A stretch of 64,000 nt of DNA, taken from the NCBI GenBank assembly GCA_963514005.1, contig OY740782.1:48484001-48548000 (forward strand). The letters run 5' to 3'. Positions within the stretch are counted from its first letter, which is position 1, and every line of letters starts with the position of its first letter. Positions 25,601 through 38,300 of the stretch are shown here, one piece after another. The notes beneath the pieces were generated by a model. It was given only the letters and a program-made list of their open reading frames with translations. It was not told the DNA's origin and did no database searches. The stretch comes from Raja brachyura. Its lineage: Eukaryota. Both the position numbers and the translations under genes were made by a program.

Positions 25601-28600
25601 AAGTCTCCCTAGAGCAAGACTCGGGAGTACCAGGGCAGGATGAAACTGACCCTGAAGCTGGTGTCCCTACTTATGTGTATACGCCAGAGCACAATAGAAA
25701 TATTCCGGGTGTTCCCGATGTAGCACCAAGTTTTGCTATATCGGTATGGACTGGTGAGGCTATGGATGAACCTGGCGGCCAACATTATTTGGTTTCTCAC
25801 CTACTCCAAGATACTGTTATGACTGAAACAGTAAATAATATATAAAAATATATAAAACACCCGTCTATTGTGCTTTGCTCAGGGTGCCAACAGTAACTCA
25901 GTAATTAGGCACCCATGAGTCAATGATGCGAGGACAGGAAATGTGTTCCAGTATGTCCTCTAGCTGATATTCAGTTGGCATCATTGTATTTGGGGAAGAC
26001 ATACATGGGTCGATAATGTCCAATACTTTTAAGACATGCTTGCGTTACTCTGCAATGCATATTCAAACCCAATTGTATGATGCAAATTGCCATTTGGCTA
26101 ACATTATCCCCAAAAAATGCAGGATTATGTGGGCAAGCTATAACCAGATTTATGATTGATGAAAACAAACCCCTATATCAAGAAGAAGGAGATCTTCTGG
26201 TTCATTTACGGAAGTACAGAAACTTAATTCCATTACACATGGAATTTCTGGGGAAACAACCTCTGGTTGGTTAAGATTACAATTGTTTCGTAATTCTGCA
26301 TTCATCTGAGCGGCTTGGTGTTTGAATGTACCAGAAACTCGTCAGGTAGGTATATATCCCAGACACAAATATGGGGGTTGCAGAGTCATTCTAGGACTCA
26401 CAAACTTAAATTTATAGTTCAGTATGAACATTTAAAAAAGACCACTTCAGCATTATAATAAAGTTGTTATCACAAGGCTGCTATGTGGTTATTTTTTAGA
26501 TTTAAAAAAAGATGCCTTATTATTGAGGTACTTCAATTGGATGGGTCAGCTGAAGGAATTACCTAATGGGTTAAATTCAGCCCTCAAATTGCTCACACAA
26601 TTATTGAAACCAGCACTGGTGATAATGAGGGCTCAGAATCACATTGTAATGATTTATCTAGAGGATATGTTAATTGTAAATGGGAGACAGCTGAAGAACT
26701 GAGTTCAGCAACCATAAGCCTATTGAAAGGCTACGGTTCTGTACATCCAAACAACATGGAAGTTACAGGCATCCCAAACAATTGATTATTTGGGGTTTGT
26801 CTTTAATACAGTTGATATGTGAGTAACATTATCAACAAATTAAGGTTGGGGATGTTACAAATGCTTGTATTTGTCTTGGGGAAAAAACATTATCCCACCA
26901 TCAAAGAAGTAGCTACGGTTACTGGTAAAGTGATAGCAGCATTCATGCTGTCAAATTGGGACCTCTGCATGATCAAAGTCTGCAAAGACCAGAGTATAAG
27001 AGTAAAAAGCGTGCAGGTCATTGATTAGGTCCATGCAGTTACCAACTAAAGGTTGAGTTGAATTCAATGATGGATTCTCAATGTTGCACAAGTTACTAGA
27101 AGTAAACATATGCTTGTTCAGAAGTCTTCAGTGTTATTACAGACTGATGAGAGTGCTCCCGGATGGGGAGCTTAGGACAGCGACACCAGTTGTGGTGGTC
27201 GATGGACTGTCCAAGACGATTAATTCTCCAAATACATGGTTGAATTATTTGGAGTTATTAGGGGCATTTTATGCATTGATAGCTGTTGTTCTACAATAAA
27301 GAACTTACATGTTCAATTACGAGTAGACAATACCAAAACTGTGGGAGAATACAATACTGTGGTAAGACAACAGATCACGAAAATGCAAATTACAATACAG
27401 AATGAATGTTAAAATTCAAAAAGTTTCAAAAAGATTGTCAGACAGTATGTGTACCAAATGTTGATCTGTTGTGTCTGGATTAAATCTCCAGTGGTCTAAA
27501 TGTGTCTCGTGGGAGTCAGCCCCAGGAGCATTAGCGGTGGATGCATTCTCGCTACATTGGGGAAGTATAGTCTTTTATGTTTTCCCAATTTTGTCTGATT
27601 AGACAATGTGTCACCAAAATAGAGCAAGTCTCCGCCGCGGGCATTTGGTGGTTCCAAATTGGTATTGTTCTCGGCCTTTTGGCCAAGATCAAGTGTAGTA
27701 TCTGTTCTTATCAGTTAATATCTGATATGTCCCTTATCTAGGGACCATTACTACACAGCCATTGTTCCCATTGGTGCCCAGAATAATGATTCAGACATTC
27801 ATGACAAATAACAGGTACAGTAATTGTTGGTACATCCAGTAACAGCAGAAGTCATCCATTACATGACCATATTAATTGTTAATCTGCAGGTTCTGATGGA
27901 ATGTTGGATAGGACCATGGATGTCATAACTGCAGCTTGAAGAGATAGCACTAAGAAAAAATATATGTGTCATATAAGGAATGGGAAATCTTCTTGTATAC
28001 AGTCAGATATAGTTTATCATACTGCAAATATATCGGATATATTGGAGTTCCTTGGTATGTTGCACCTGAGTTATAGTACCATGAATGGAGCTAGGAGTGT
28101 TTTGTCCTCCTATTTAGGACTATTTCACAATCGACAACTATCGGCCTCATCTGTTAATATCCCGATTTATGAGAGGAACATTAATAAAATCCTACCAAAC
28201 CCAGACATTCAGAAATCTGGGATGTCGGTATAGTTCTCACATTGCTTTGGCAATGGACTCCAATTACAACCCTATCTTTTCAGAAGTTAATAATTTAAAG
28301 TGATTATGTTCATACCATTAATATCAGCATGAGTACAAACATTACAAATGTTGTGGTTAGATTGTATACAGTTGTCTGTAGATAAAATAACGTTTTATTT
28401 CAATGATCTAAGCAAGCAAAGCAAGCCAAAAAAGGCTGGAACCAATGTAATCTTTAAGACATACGCTGTCAACTAAACATTGTGTGTGGTTAAGCATCTG
28501 AATTAATATATATTGAATTAAGAGTCTCCGAGATTGTGATACACCAATGTTCATTACCCACAAGAAACATATAAAAGTGACAGAACAAACTATTTCTAGA

Positions 28601-31600
28601 TGGATAAACAGGTTCTGGATTAACTGGAGTAGACACTGATGTGTATAAATCTCACTCCACAAGGGCGGTATCAATGTCTGCGGCGAGGGTGCAGGACGTG
28701 CCGCTCGACCAAATTCTGGAGACTGCAGGATGGTCTAAAAAAGAAACTTTCCTAGTTTTATGATAAACCTGTTGTTACAGTGCCAAGGTTGTACATGCTC
28801 TGTTGGGTTCTGTTCAAAATTGTTTGCTTTGTTGCATAACATTTGGTGTTATTTCCCCTGGGATATATAAAATTATTGCATAATTTCAAGCAATATATAT
28901 TATTTACTCATTACTGGGTAAACTGAAGCGGTGTGTCGTATGGAATGATCTACGGCATGAAAATCACAGAGCTTTAAAATCTTCACGTAGTCACTCACAT
29001 GACTTCGAAGTAAAATAGTAAGATTAAACAAGAACTTACCTGTTCGAAGTTTGATCTTTATTTTATGAGGAGTTACGATGAGGGATTATGTGCCCTCCAC
29101 TCCCAACCCTCATAATATAAATGATCATCTGGTAGTTTTAATCTTTGTGAGCCTTACTATCTTACTCCGACTATTGGATCTGTGTTTTTCACGCCGCTGT
29201 TTTGAAGTATGCTGAACATGCGCCTGGCAGGTCTTCTTCACGTAATCCCTCATCGTAACTCCTCATAAAATAAAGATCAAACTTCGAACAGGTAAGTTTT
29301 CATTTAATCTTACTATTTTAGATGATCAGCCATGATCATATTGAATGGCGGTGCTGGCTCGAAGGGCCGAATGGCTTACTCCTGCACCTATTTTTTTTTT
29401 CTGTTTCTTATTAAGATCTTCTTCATACATCAAATAAATAAGCATTTTGAAGGCGAGCTAGATGGGAAGTCATAATCTATGCTAATTGTATATTTGCATG
29501 ATGTCCATTCATGCAGCATCAACAGGAATAACCAGCTGGAGAATGATTGCAAAAACATTATCCCAACCTTTAACAATCTGAGTCAAAGCCAGTCAATTGT
29601 CCAATTGATATAGCGCTGCAAAATACATTTGCCAGTTAAGATATAAAGGTTTATAAATTTGAAAATCACAAGAAGTTACAAAATCATGAGAGGAATAGAT
29701 CGGGTGGTGCACAGTCTCCTGCCCAGAGTGGAGAACAAGATCCATAGGTTTTAAGGTGAAGGGGGAAAGGTTTTATAAGAATCTGAGGGGTAACTTTTTC
29801 ACACAAAGTGTGGTGGGTGTATGGAATGAGCTACCGGAAGAGGTAATTGAGACAGGGACTATCGCAACTATTGTGAAGCAATTAGACAGATACAAAGATA
29901 TGACAGGGTTAGAGGGATATGGGGCAAATGCAGGTGAGTGAAGATGGGACATGTTGGTCGGTGTGGGCAAATTGGGGTGAATGGTCTGTTTCCACACTGT
30001 GTGACTCTAAAGGGCCTATCCCACAGGCGTTTTTTAAGCGACTGCCGGCGACCGTCATAGTCGTAGCAGGTCACCGAAAAACCAGCGACTGGACCCCCCC
30101 TACGGCAATGTCTGTGGCAACCTACCACCTAGTTGATGTCAAGCTACGGAAAACTACCGACAACCGGCGACCCAATCGTCATGACTTAGGACGTCCACCT
30201 ACGACCACATCTACGACAACCTACGACCACACAGGCGACAACCTACGATAACTGAAGTCAACCTACGTCCACCCGCAACAAGCTACGACCCGGTCGGTGA
30301 CAACTGAAGACAATTCAGGCGCCAGTACCTGTCGCCGGAATGACGTAGAATGGAATGGAATGGAATTCACAGAAGTCAGCACCGGCGACAACATTGTACC
30401 TGGCGACAACCTATGATAGCACCTATGTCAGGAGAAGTCAAGCTACGCTCATTGGCGTTAAACCCACTGTTGCCGAAATGTTTTGAAAATGTTGAAAATC
30501 CTGCGGCGACCAGAAAGACGATATGACTCTTTGGGCGACTGAGGAGACTCATGACCATACAGGCGACACCCCGGCGACCATGTGGCAACAGCCTAGTCGC
30601 CTAAAAGATCGCCTAAGTAGACAGGCTCTTAACATTAAATAATTGTCTTCAATGGTAAAAAGTAAAAACTGAACAAAATATTTTTTGACATATTTAACAA
30701 CACTGTGCATTAAGGTTTGTGTTTAGAACATGAACGCACATTAGGATTTTGGCCTAATCTCAGAATCTGCCTACCTATCATAACGGTGATACTCCCTCCT
30801 GCTCCCAGTTCTCACGGTACCATCACCAAAATTCCACAAGTACGAGAGTTTGGTCCCGTAGTTAATGCGTACTTCCACAGCAACACTGGAGTTTAAGAGA
30901 ACTGAGGTAAGATCTTGATTGTTTATTCTAAGTCTGTTTGGTTCAACTGCTTGCTGCAGCTCTATCGGATAGATGTTTGACGTGAATGAACTAATCTGGT
31001 TCGATGCATTCACTATCACGTTGTACCTGCAAAGCAAAAATACCTTCAGTTACATTTAACTAAACACATCCAGTACATCTTCTTGGTGAACATCTTATAT
31101 TTATTTTGTGATAATATGATTTTATTTGTGTAAATTGGTTATAATGTAGCATCCAGAAAGTTATAGGTTTTAGGCTAAAAGGTTTATGGATTGACAGTTT
31201 CTCAAGCTTGGCCCAAAACTGCAGCATTTCATCATCTTTGCTGCCAATTCCACCCCTTTGTTTTGTCTTCACATGGTCCATCACTGATTCACTTGCTCCT
31301 CACCCTCCATTTCATCATATTTGCATGATGTAACAATGTGGTGGATTAATATCTACCTCATGCCTACATATCCCTCTGGCATCTACCTAGATTGTGCTAC
31401 AACTACCTATTTTCATCTCAAGAAGACACCTGATTCATCATCATCTTACCAACCAGTTTATAGGACACTTACAGCAGAAACTCTCATTCGTATAATTGGT
31501 GCCTCCGTTCTTGATTCATCAAATTCACTTTTTATTTTATTGTTTAAACTTGATATAATCCCAAACTTTCCCATCCTTATACCGAATCTCTGTGCCTGTT

Positions 31601-32268
31601 AATGTACACTGCTTTGCATAAAACTGCATTTATATTTTAAGATTGTTTTGAAATAATTCCATGGTGTCGTCCTTCCATTTTTCTATAATCTCGTCCATCC
31701 TATTAACCCTGTTATCAAGTTCTGCTCATCAAATTCTGCTCCCAAATGTAATTGCTCATCACTGATGAGCAAACCTTGAGGCTGCGAAGGCCCCAATTCT
31801 TGAATTACCTTGTAAATACACTCGTCCTCCCCACTGCTTCTCCCACCTATCAACATTCTTTTAAATGTACCTTTTTGACAAGCCGATGGCAATCTGCCCT
31901 CACACTGACTGAGATGGGATGGTATCAATGTTTTATTTGGTAACATTCCACTGAAACATTAATTTTAACAGTTGTGGTGATAGTATAAACTGCAGTAATG
32001 GTGATGATGTACTTGTATTGAAGGAGATACCCTGCTGCTCTTTTACTTCCTCCATTTTAATAGACTTGGTCCCCAAATACTCAGACGTACCAAGGGAAGG
32101 TAACTTAATTGCACTTCCTTATATTTAACACACACTCTAGATGCAATTTCTTTAAGGGGAAGAGATTAATTGCTGCATATTCAACAGCTTTGTCGAACAC
32201 TTCCATCCAGCCCACAAGCTTCCATTTACTTTAATTTTAAATTCTTCAAATGTATCCTACTCTGACCC

Positions 32269-32301
<33 letters not shown>

Positions 32302-35300
32302 CTATTGAAATCAATGGAAGATTTTGGCTAACCACAGAACTCACAGAGAGATATATGATGGGAGACTAATTACTATGGTTCTTTCAACTTAAAATAGAAG
32401 ATTGAGAAGGGATTTGATGGGTGCTTAAGAATGAGACAGAACCACTTTCTGGCTATTTTGGTAAACAGTGTTCAGTTTCTCATTAAATCAAATAAATACA
32501 TAACATCTTTAATGCTAGTTTACCTCCCTATGCCTTAAATTTAAAAAAAGTTAAATTTAAGAGTCTGGTTGAAGGCTGCAAAAAGATCTACCAGTGCAAA
32601 CTCCCTGAGACACAAGGAACCGCAGATGGTGGAATATTGAGCAAAACACAAAGTGCTGAAGTGACTCAGCAGGTCAGGCAGCATATGCACCCTGATATTG
32701 CCTGACCCACTGAGTTCCTCTAGCACTTTGGTTTAGTGGAAACTTACAATGTAATTAATTAATTTTCAGGTTTTGTAGACAGGCTTGGCTTCCCACATGG
32801 TTTCTTAAACTAGTGCATAAAACTTTGGAAGATTTTTGCACAGACATAATATGCAGGAGAAATTCTCCAGTCTTCCGCAAAGTTTTGAACAATCAAACTG
32901 CTGCTCAGCTGAGATCAGAACACAATTTGCAATATTACCTAAATACCTAAAATTCATAGGCGCTATGTTTTGGTGCTGGTGAACTATTAAATCCCAGTAG
33001 TTCGGTACATACTTCCCTGGTGTTGAATATATTGTGGTTATGCTGCGTGATGTAGTTTTCACTGGTAGTTTGTCTCCAAAATACCAGACAAATTGCAGTG
33101 GCTCATCCTCTGCAGTTATAGCTGTGAACATGATGTCAGAATACGTGGCATATATTGTCTTGTTTGTAAAGACAGAAACAGCTGTGAAACAAATTAAAAT
33201 TGAATCGTTAATTAATTTGTAATCCTACGCTAACAGCTATCTAGCATTATTTAATTTGAGGAAAATATTCATTAATATTAAATAGGTGATCAATTTGACC
33301 CAACTTTTACACATATCCTGTAGCTGCACTAAGGTTTTTCAGCAAGTCCGATTTAATTAAAACACATCATGTCTGAAGAAGGGTCTCAACCCGAAACGTC
33401 ACCCATTGATTCTCTCCAGAGATGTTACCTGTCCCACTGAGTTACTCCAACACTGTATATCTTTGGTTTAAACCAGCATCTGCAGTTCCTTATAACACAT
33501 CATGTAGCTATCCTCTAGTCCCCACAGTTCAAGTCAAAATATCTTATACGAATAGGCAGCATTTTCTATAGTATCTCATTAACTATAAATTCTAATTGCC
33601 TCTTTCTTTCAATAACTAGTTTCTGAACATAACTGATATTGATAAGCTTTGAAGTGGACGACTTGTTGTTTGTAAAGACAAATGGCCAGTCGGCATTAGT
33701 GAGGATGGTGCAGACTGCAAGCTGATTTAATGCTTGGGAATGGCTGTATATACTGAGGCAAGATCAGGATAAGAAAAGTTAATGGATTATGCAGCTTGTG
33801 TAGGGAAGTTTGGGGACTGGGGGCTCAATCATAGTGTTCAAAGGATTAAGAAAATGGGAGGGAGACAGGATTGGATTGGTGATAGGTGGTAGGTGGGGGT
33901 TTGACAGATAGAAGGTGAATAAAGGGATTTATGCCAGTTACTGGAATACAGATTGCTAGGAATGCAAGCATACAGTATATTATCCATCTCTATTTCTGGC
34001 TTGAGATGACAGTTAGAATCAATCACATATCTGTTTCAGGAGTGCACAAATACATTGTTTGATATGGATTGGATTTGCAAGATCACTTCACACCAGGATG
34101 TGGCTGCTGTGATTTCCAGACCTATGCTTTAAACATGTTCATTTGTACTTCTAGGATTTAATTCCTGGCAATCGACAGCAACACAAACAGGTCAAATCCT
34201 GACACAGGGTCTTGAACCAAAAGATCAACAGTTTCTTTCCCCCCCACAGATGCTGCTCAACCTGTTGAATTCCTCTGCAATTTGTTTTTTGTTGCTTTGA
34301 AGATACTCTCTCATAAAACTGTGCATTACTCATTCATTCTCAGAAATGAACCCCCAACAACAATATGTTGATTTTTGAAGAAGGGTCTTGACCTGAAACG
34401 TTGCCAATCCATGTCCTCCACAGATGCTGACTGACCTGTTGAGTTACTCCAGTACTTTGTGTTTTACTGTTGATTTCTTTGCTAACTTTGTCTTTTATCG
34501 GAGTGAAATTATCAATATAGAGCCAAAATACAACTGAGAATGTGGTTCAAAGAGCCCAAATTAATTTTGCACAACGCTCTTACCATCACTCGGATAAAAA
34601 AGATTTACCATCCTATCAACTTGGAATCCAATTGTCCACAATCAGGACATGAGGAATCACGCGCATTAATCAGATCTATTCACTCGCAGCCAACCCAACA
34701 AATGCTAACATCTCTAAATTAATGTTATTCAATTCACATTTGAGACAACTGAGGTATTTCATACGTTGCATTCTGTAAAGTACAGCCACAATGACGTAGG
34801 TCAAGTCCGCTCCAACTTTATTCCATGCATTTACTGTGACATTGTAGACTCCAGCCGACAAAAACTTGTGCTTAATTACAGGACCTGAAACATAAGGGAG
34901 GTCCAAACATGAATCATAATTAAAAAAAAGTAACAGTGGAATGTTAAAAAATAGTACTTCAATATTTTGCATCTTCTTTATACAGAAGTCCTATTGTTTT
35001 ACCAACACCTCAATAGCAACAATCAAATGCCTTTTAAAGACACAAGTCAAGCTCCTTCCCTTCAAACTACAAATCATCTTATGCATCACAACATAAAACA
35101 TTCTTACCTTCATCTACATACGAAGTCTGATCGCCCATATTCCAACTGTATGTCACAGCTGTTCCTCTGGTCAGCTTTGCACTGAAAAGGATGATTTCGT
35201 TTTTATGAATCACACTGGAATTCATGTTAAGCACCAAGCCTCCTGGAACCATTTGTACAAAATATGCACCAAGTTCATTGGTAGAATTGTAGAACTCGTT

Positions 35301-38300
35301 AAAGGCCGACACTGTGATGTGGAACACACCCTCTGTCAAATCAAAGTTCAAATATAGATTATAATATATCAGATAGCAATAAGTAAGTCTGCATTTATCA
35401 ATATACAAATGAACAGGAAATATCTTTACAAGCAAATAACTTGCTATCACAAATCTAACTTTTCTTATCTGGCAGGGAACATTTTCAGAGTTTGCTTCAG
35501 CTCCAAACATTCTTGCCTCTCCAACTTCTCTGAAGTCCTCAAGTTTATTATTGCCACATAACTCTATGCCCACCACTCCTGCCAATCAGTGAATAAACCA
35601 ATAAAATAGTCCTTAATAAAGTAAAAAAGCATATCATGTGAGTAAGGTAATTGAAATCTATCCCGCTTCACCCTTCTGCATCTTTCTGTAGTCTTTGATA
35701 AAGTTGGCCAGGCTGCCTTCCTGCAGCCCCAATCCTCCACCGTCCTCTGGATTAATCGACATTCATTTCCTTCAATTCTTACCCAAATACCCAGAAAACA
35801 ATCTGCAATAGCTTCTGTTGCTGGTCCCATAGTTATATCTGAATCTTCCATCAACGTGGCCATAGCCCAGCTCCTGTTTCTCAGTTTTGTGCCACTGTTT
35901 CATTAATCATCCAAATCCGCATCAGATCCTATACTTGTAGCTGATGTCACAAAATCCTAATTTGTCATCATCTCCCACGATTCCCTGCAATGCCTCTCAC
36001 TTGTCACGGTGCTGCTCCAGCATCCAGTATTGGAGGAACCAAACTGCCCTCCAGTTAAGAGATTGGAGTCAAAAGTCACTTTCTTCACTCTGATACAATT
36101 TCTGAATCCATCCTTTTCCTTGGCATCTGCCCAAGGCTGAATTAAAATGTTCCCACATTGATGCTGCATCTGACCCCCAATATATTCTAACAATCCAATG
36201 TCTTCACTCATTGTAAGGAAACTGACTATCCAGGATATAAAAGAGTGATACCGAGTGACCTGGCAGATCTAAAAAAAAAAAAAATCAGGATTGAACATCT
36301 TTCCGCCAAAGGGCTGCAGTCTGGCAAAGTACTGACCAAGTCTGTGGGAGCACACTTTCAGATATCATGGGCTTAATCACCCATGGGAAAGGTTAGAAGT
36401 AAAATAGTGGAAGAGAAGTGATGGTTGTTTAAAAGCAATGCACACCCACCTCTGGTAAATCTGTGACGTCCGTTTGCAAATGTGCCATCAAAGCTACTCT
36501 GTCTTCCACTGACAATAAGTAGTGGTGAACCATCTCCAAAATTAAATGAAAACTTCACATCTTCAGCAAATGTATGAACGCTGAAGCCCAGGATTTGAGT
36601 GGCGTATGTGCCATCTGGCTGCAGCAGAAGCTTGGCGCTATTACTACTGAAGGGGAATGAAGCTTGTAAACCCACAATTGGGGTTCTTACTTTTATCAGA
36701 CCTGGAAGCAATCGGCTGAAAGGAGTGTTGTACAGTGGACTGGAAACTATTACTTTTACATAGTAGTTGCCTCCGGCAAGTGCTTGGTAATTAATCGTGC
36801 TGATAAGATTGCCCCTGTAAGAAGAAACCAAAAATTAGTACAAGAACCTGCAGTAATCATTTGTTATGCCCAGGAAACATTAATGGATACTGTATAACAT
36901 TATTCCATATTTCATTTAGTATTTTATGGTATTTGCTTGTTCCTTATAAAAACTATAATAATTGCACCCATTTTCAGTGACTTGGACAAGGTGTAAAAAG
37001 GTTCATTTTTGATTATTTTAATCTCTCACAGACGATTGCACAACACTATTAAATGAATCTCCTGGAAACTTTCTTCACCTGCACGAATGTCTCCCTGGAG
37101 TATGGATACTTCCAAAAATATAATCCAGTTCACAGCACTATTTAGAATGTTCACTTATTAGGGAAATGAAGAAAGGGAAGCACTCTTAATGGGAAATAGG
37201 CAGATTGTTCAACAACACCTGCATTAAAACGATCTGAACAGTGCAGAAAAATATGTGCAGACACCTCAGGTTTTATGCATGCGTTATTTATGTGCTTTTT
37301 GATTTATGCGCTGCTTTTCAACCCATAACCCCTGTGTAAAACTTGAGGTGCCTGTACTTGGAACTGGAAAACTTCAGACAAAGTGGAAACGACAATAGAT
37401 TGTTCAGCAAACACATCAAAGTGAAATTATGATGTAAGAGACAGCAGATACAGGAATCTTGAGAAAAACACAAAGTGTTGGAGCATCTGTGGAGGGAATG
37501 GAAAAGCAATGTTGCAGGTCAGGACCCTTCTTCAGACTAATTTGTGAAACAATATAAGAAAGTGATCATTTTTAAATGGGACCTTTTCCTCAGTTGACCA
37601 AGGACTATGCTGACACATTTAATATGGTGGTGAATTTTGTCATCGCAGCTAAGCTGAGAAGTTGCTCCCAAGACATGAACTGTTTCCACATTATTAGAGG
37701 ACAGTGTGATGCAGCAGAGGCAGATTGATAGACGACTTGGCTTTGCTGATTTTATGCAAGACCCATCCTTTTGTCTGGTTCAGTGAATTAGTTGGCGATG
37801 TGTTAGAGCTTGGAATATGAGTGTCCACAAATGTAAGAGTCATTGGCACTCTGCAGCTTCATCGCTGAGGCTTGGGTAATCCTGTTTATGCAGTCACCAT
37901 AGAGTAAACTGTTTCCCATTTGATCTGAAGATTAGTTTTATTCCCAGGGGAAGCTTGTTAGCCACAGGAAGCTATGGCATTGCTGGTGAAAAGTTCTTTT
38001 TAAGTATTGGGACAACAAAGCAGCCTGATTTGCAACTGGTTTTCATTTGGTTAAAGAATGAGGTAGATTGCAACTGTGAACTTAATGTAGTTTCAGTCAA
38101 GCATGTGATAACACGAGACAGGATTCATTAGAAAATTGTCAGATTGTCGCCGGGGAAGAAGTTTACTTGTGAGCAAGCAGGAAATACATGCGGTTGAGGG
38201 GAGTTTTTCATCCAAGTAAATAAGGTCAACAGTGTGAACCAGGTGGACCAGTTCTGCTTGTCAGGGGTCAACAACTGGAGGGTGTTGAAGTGGAGGAAAA

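Larger units (their letters stand above)
24591..29320 (+). mobile_element. DIRS1-type retrotransposon, full length but degenerate, inserted in a CR1 3' tail
   Basis: Terminal inverted repeat plus ICR (about 28980-29090) complementary to both ends; remnants of RT (LPNG, YLEDML), RNaseH (NYLELLGAF), MTase and YR (HSTRA, AGW); CR1 tail resumes at 29321. Confidence 0.9.

Noticed and set aside
27664-27749. Functional U2 snRNA gene
   Set aside because: Truncated before the Sm site, small deletions, flanked by DIRS coding remnants instead of PSE and 3' box.
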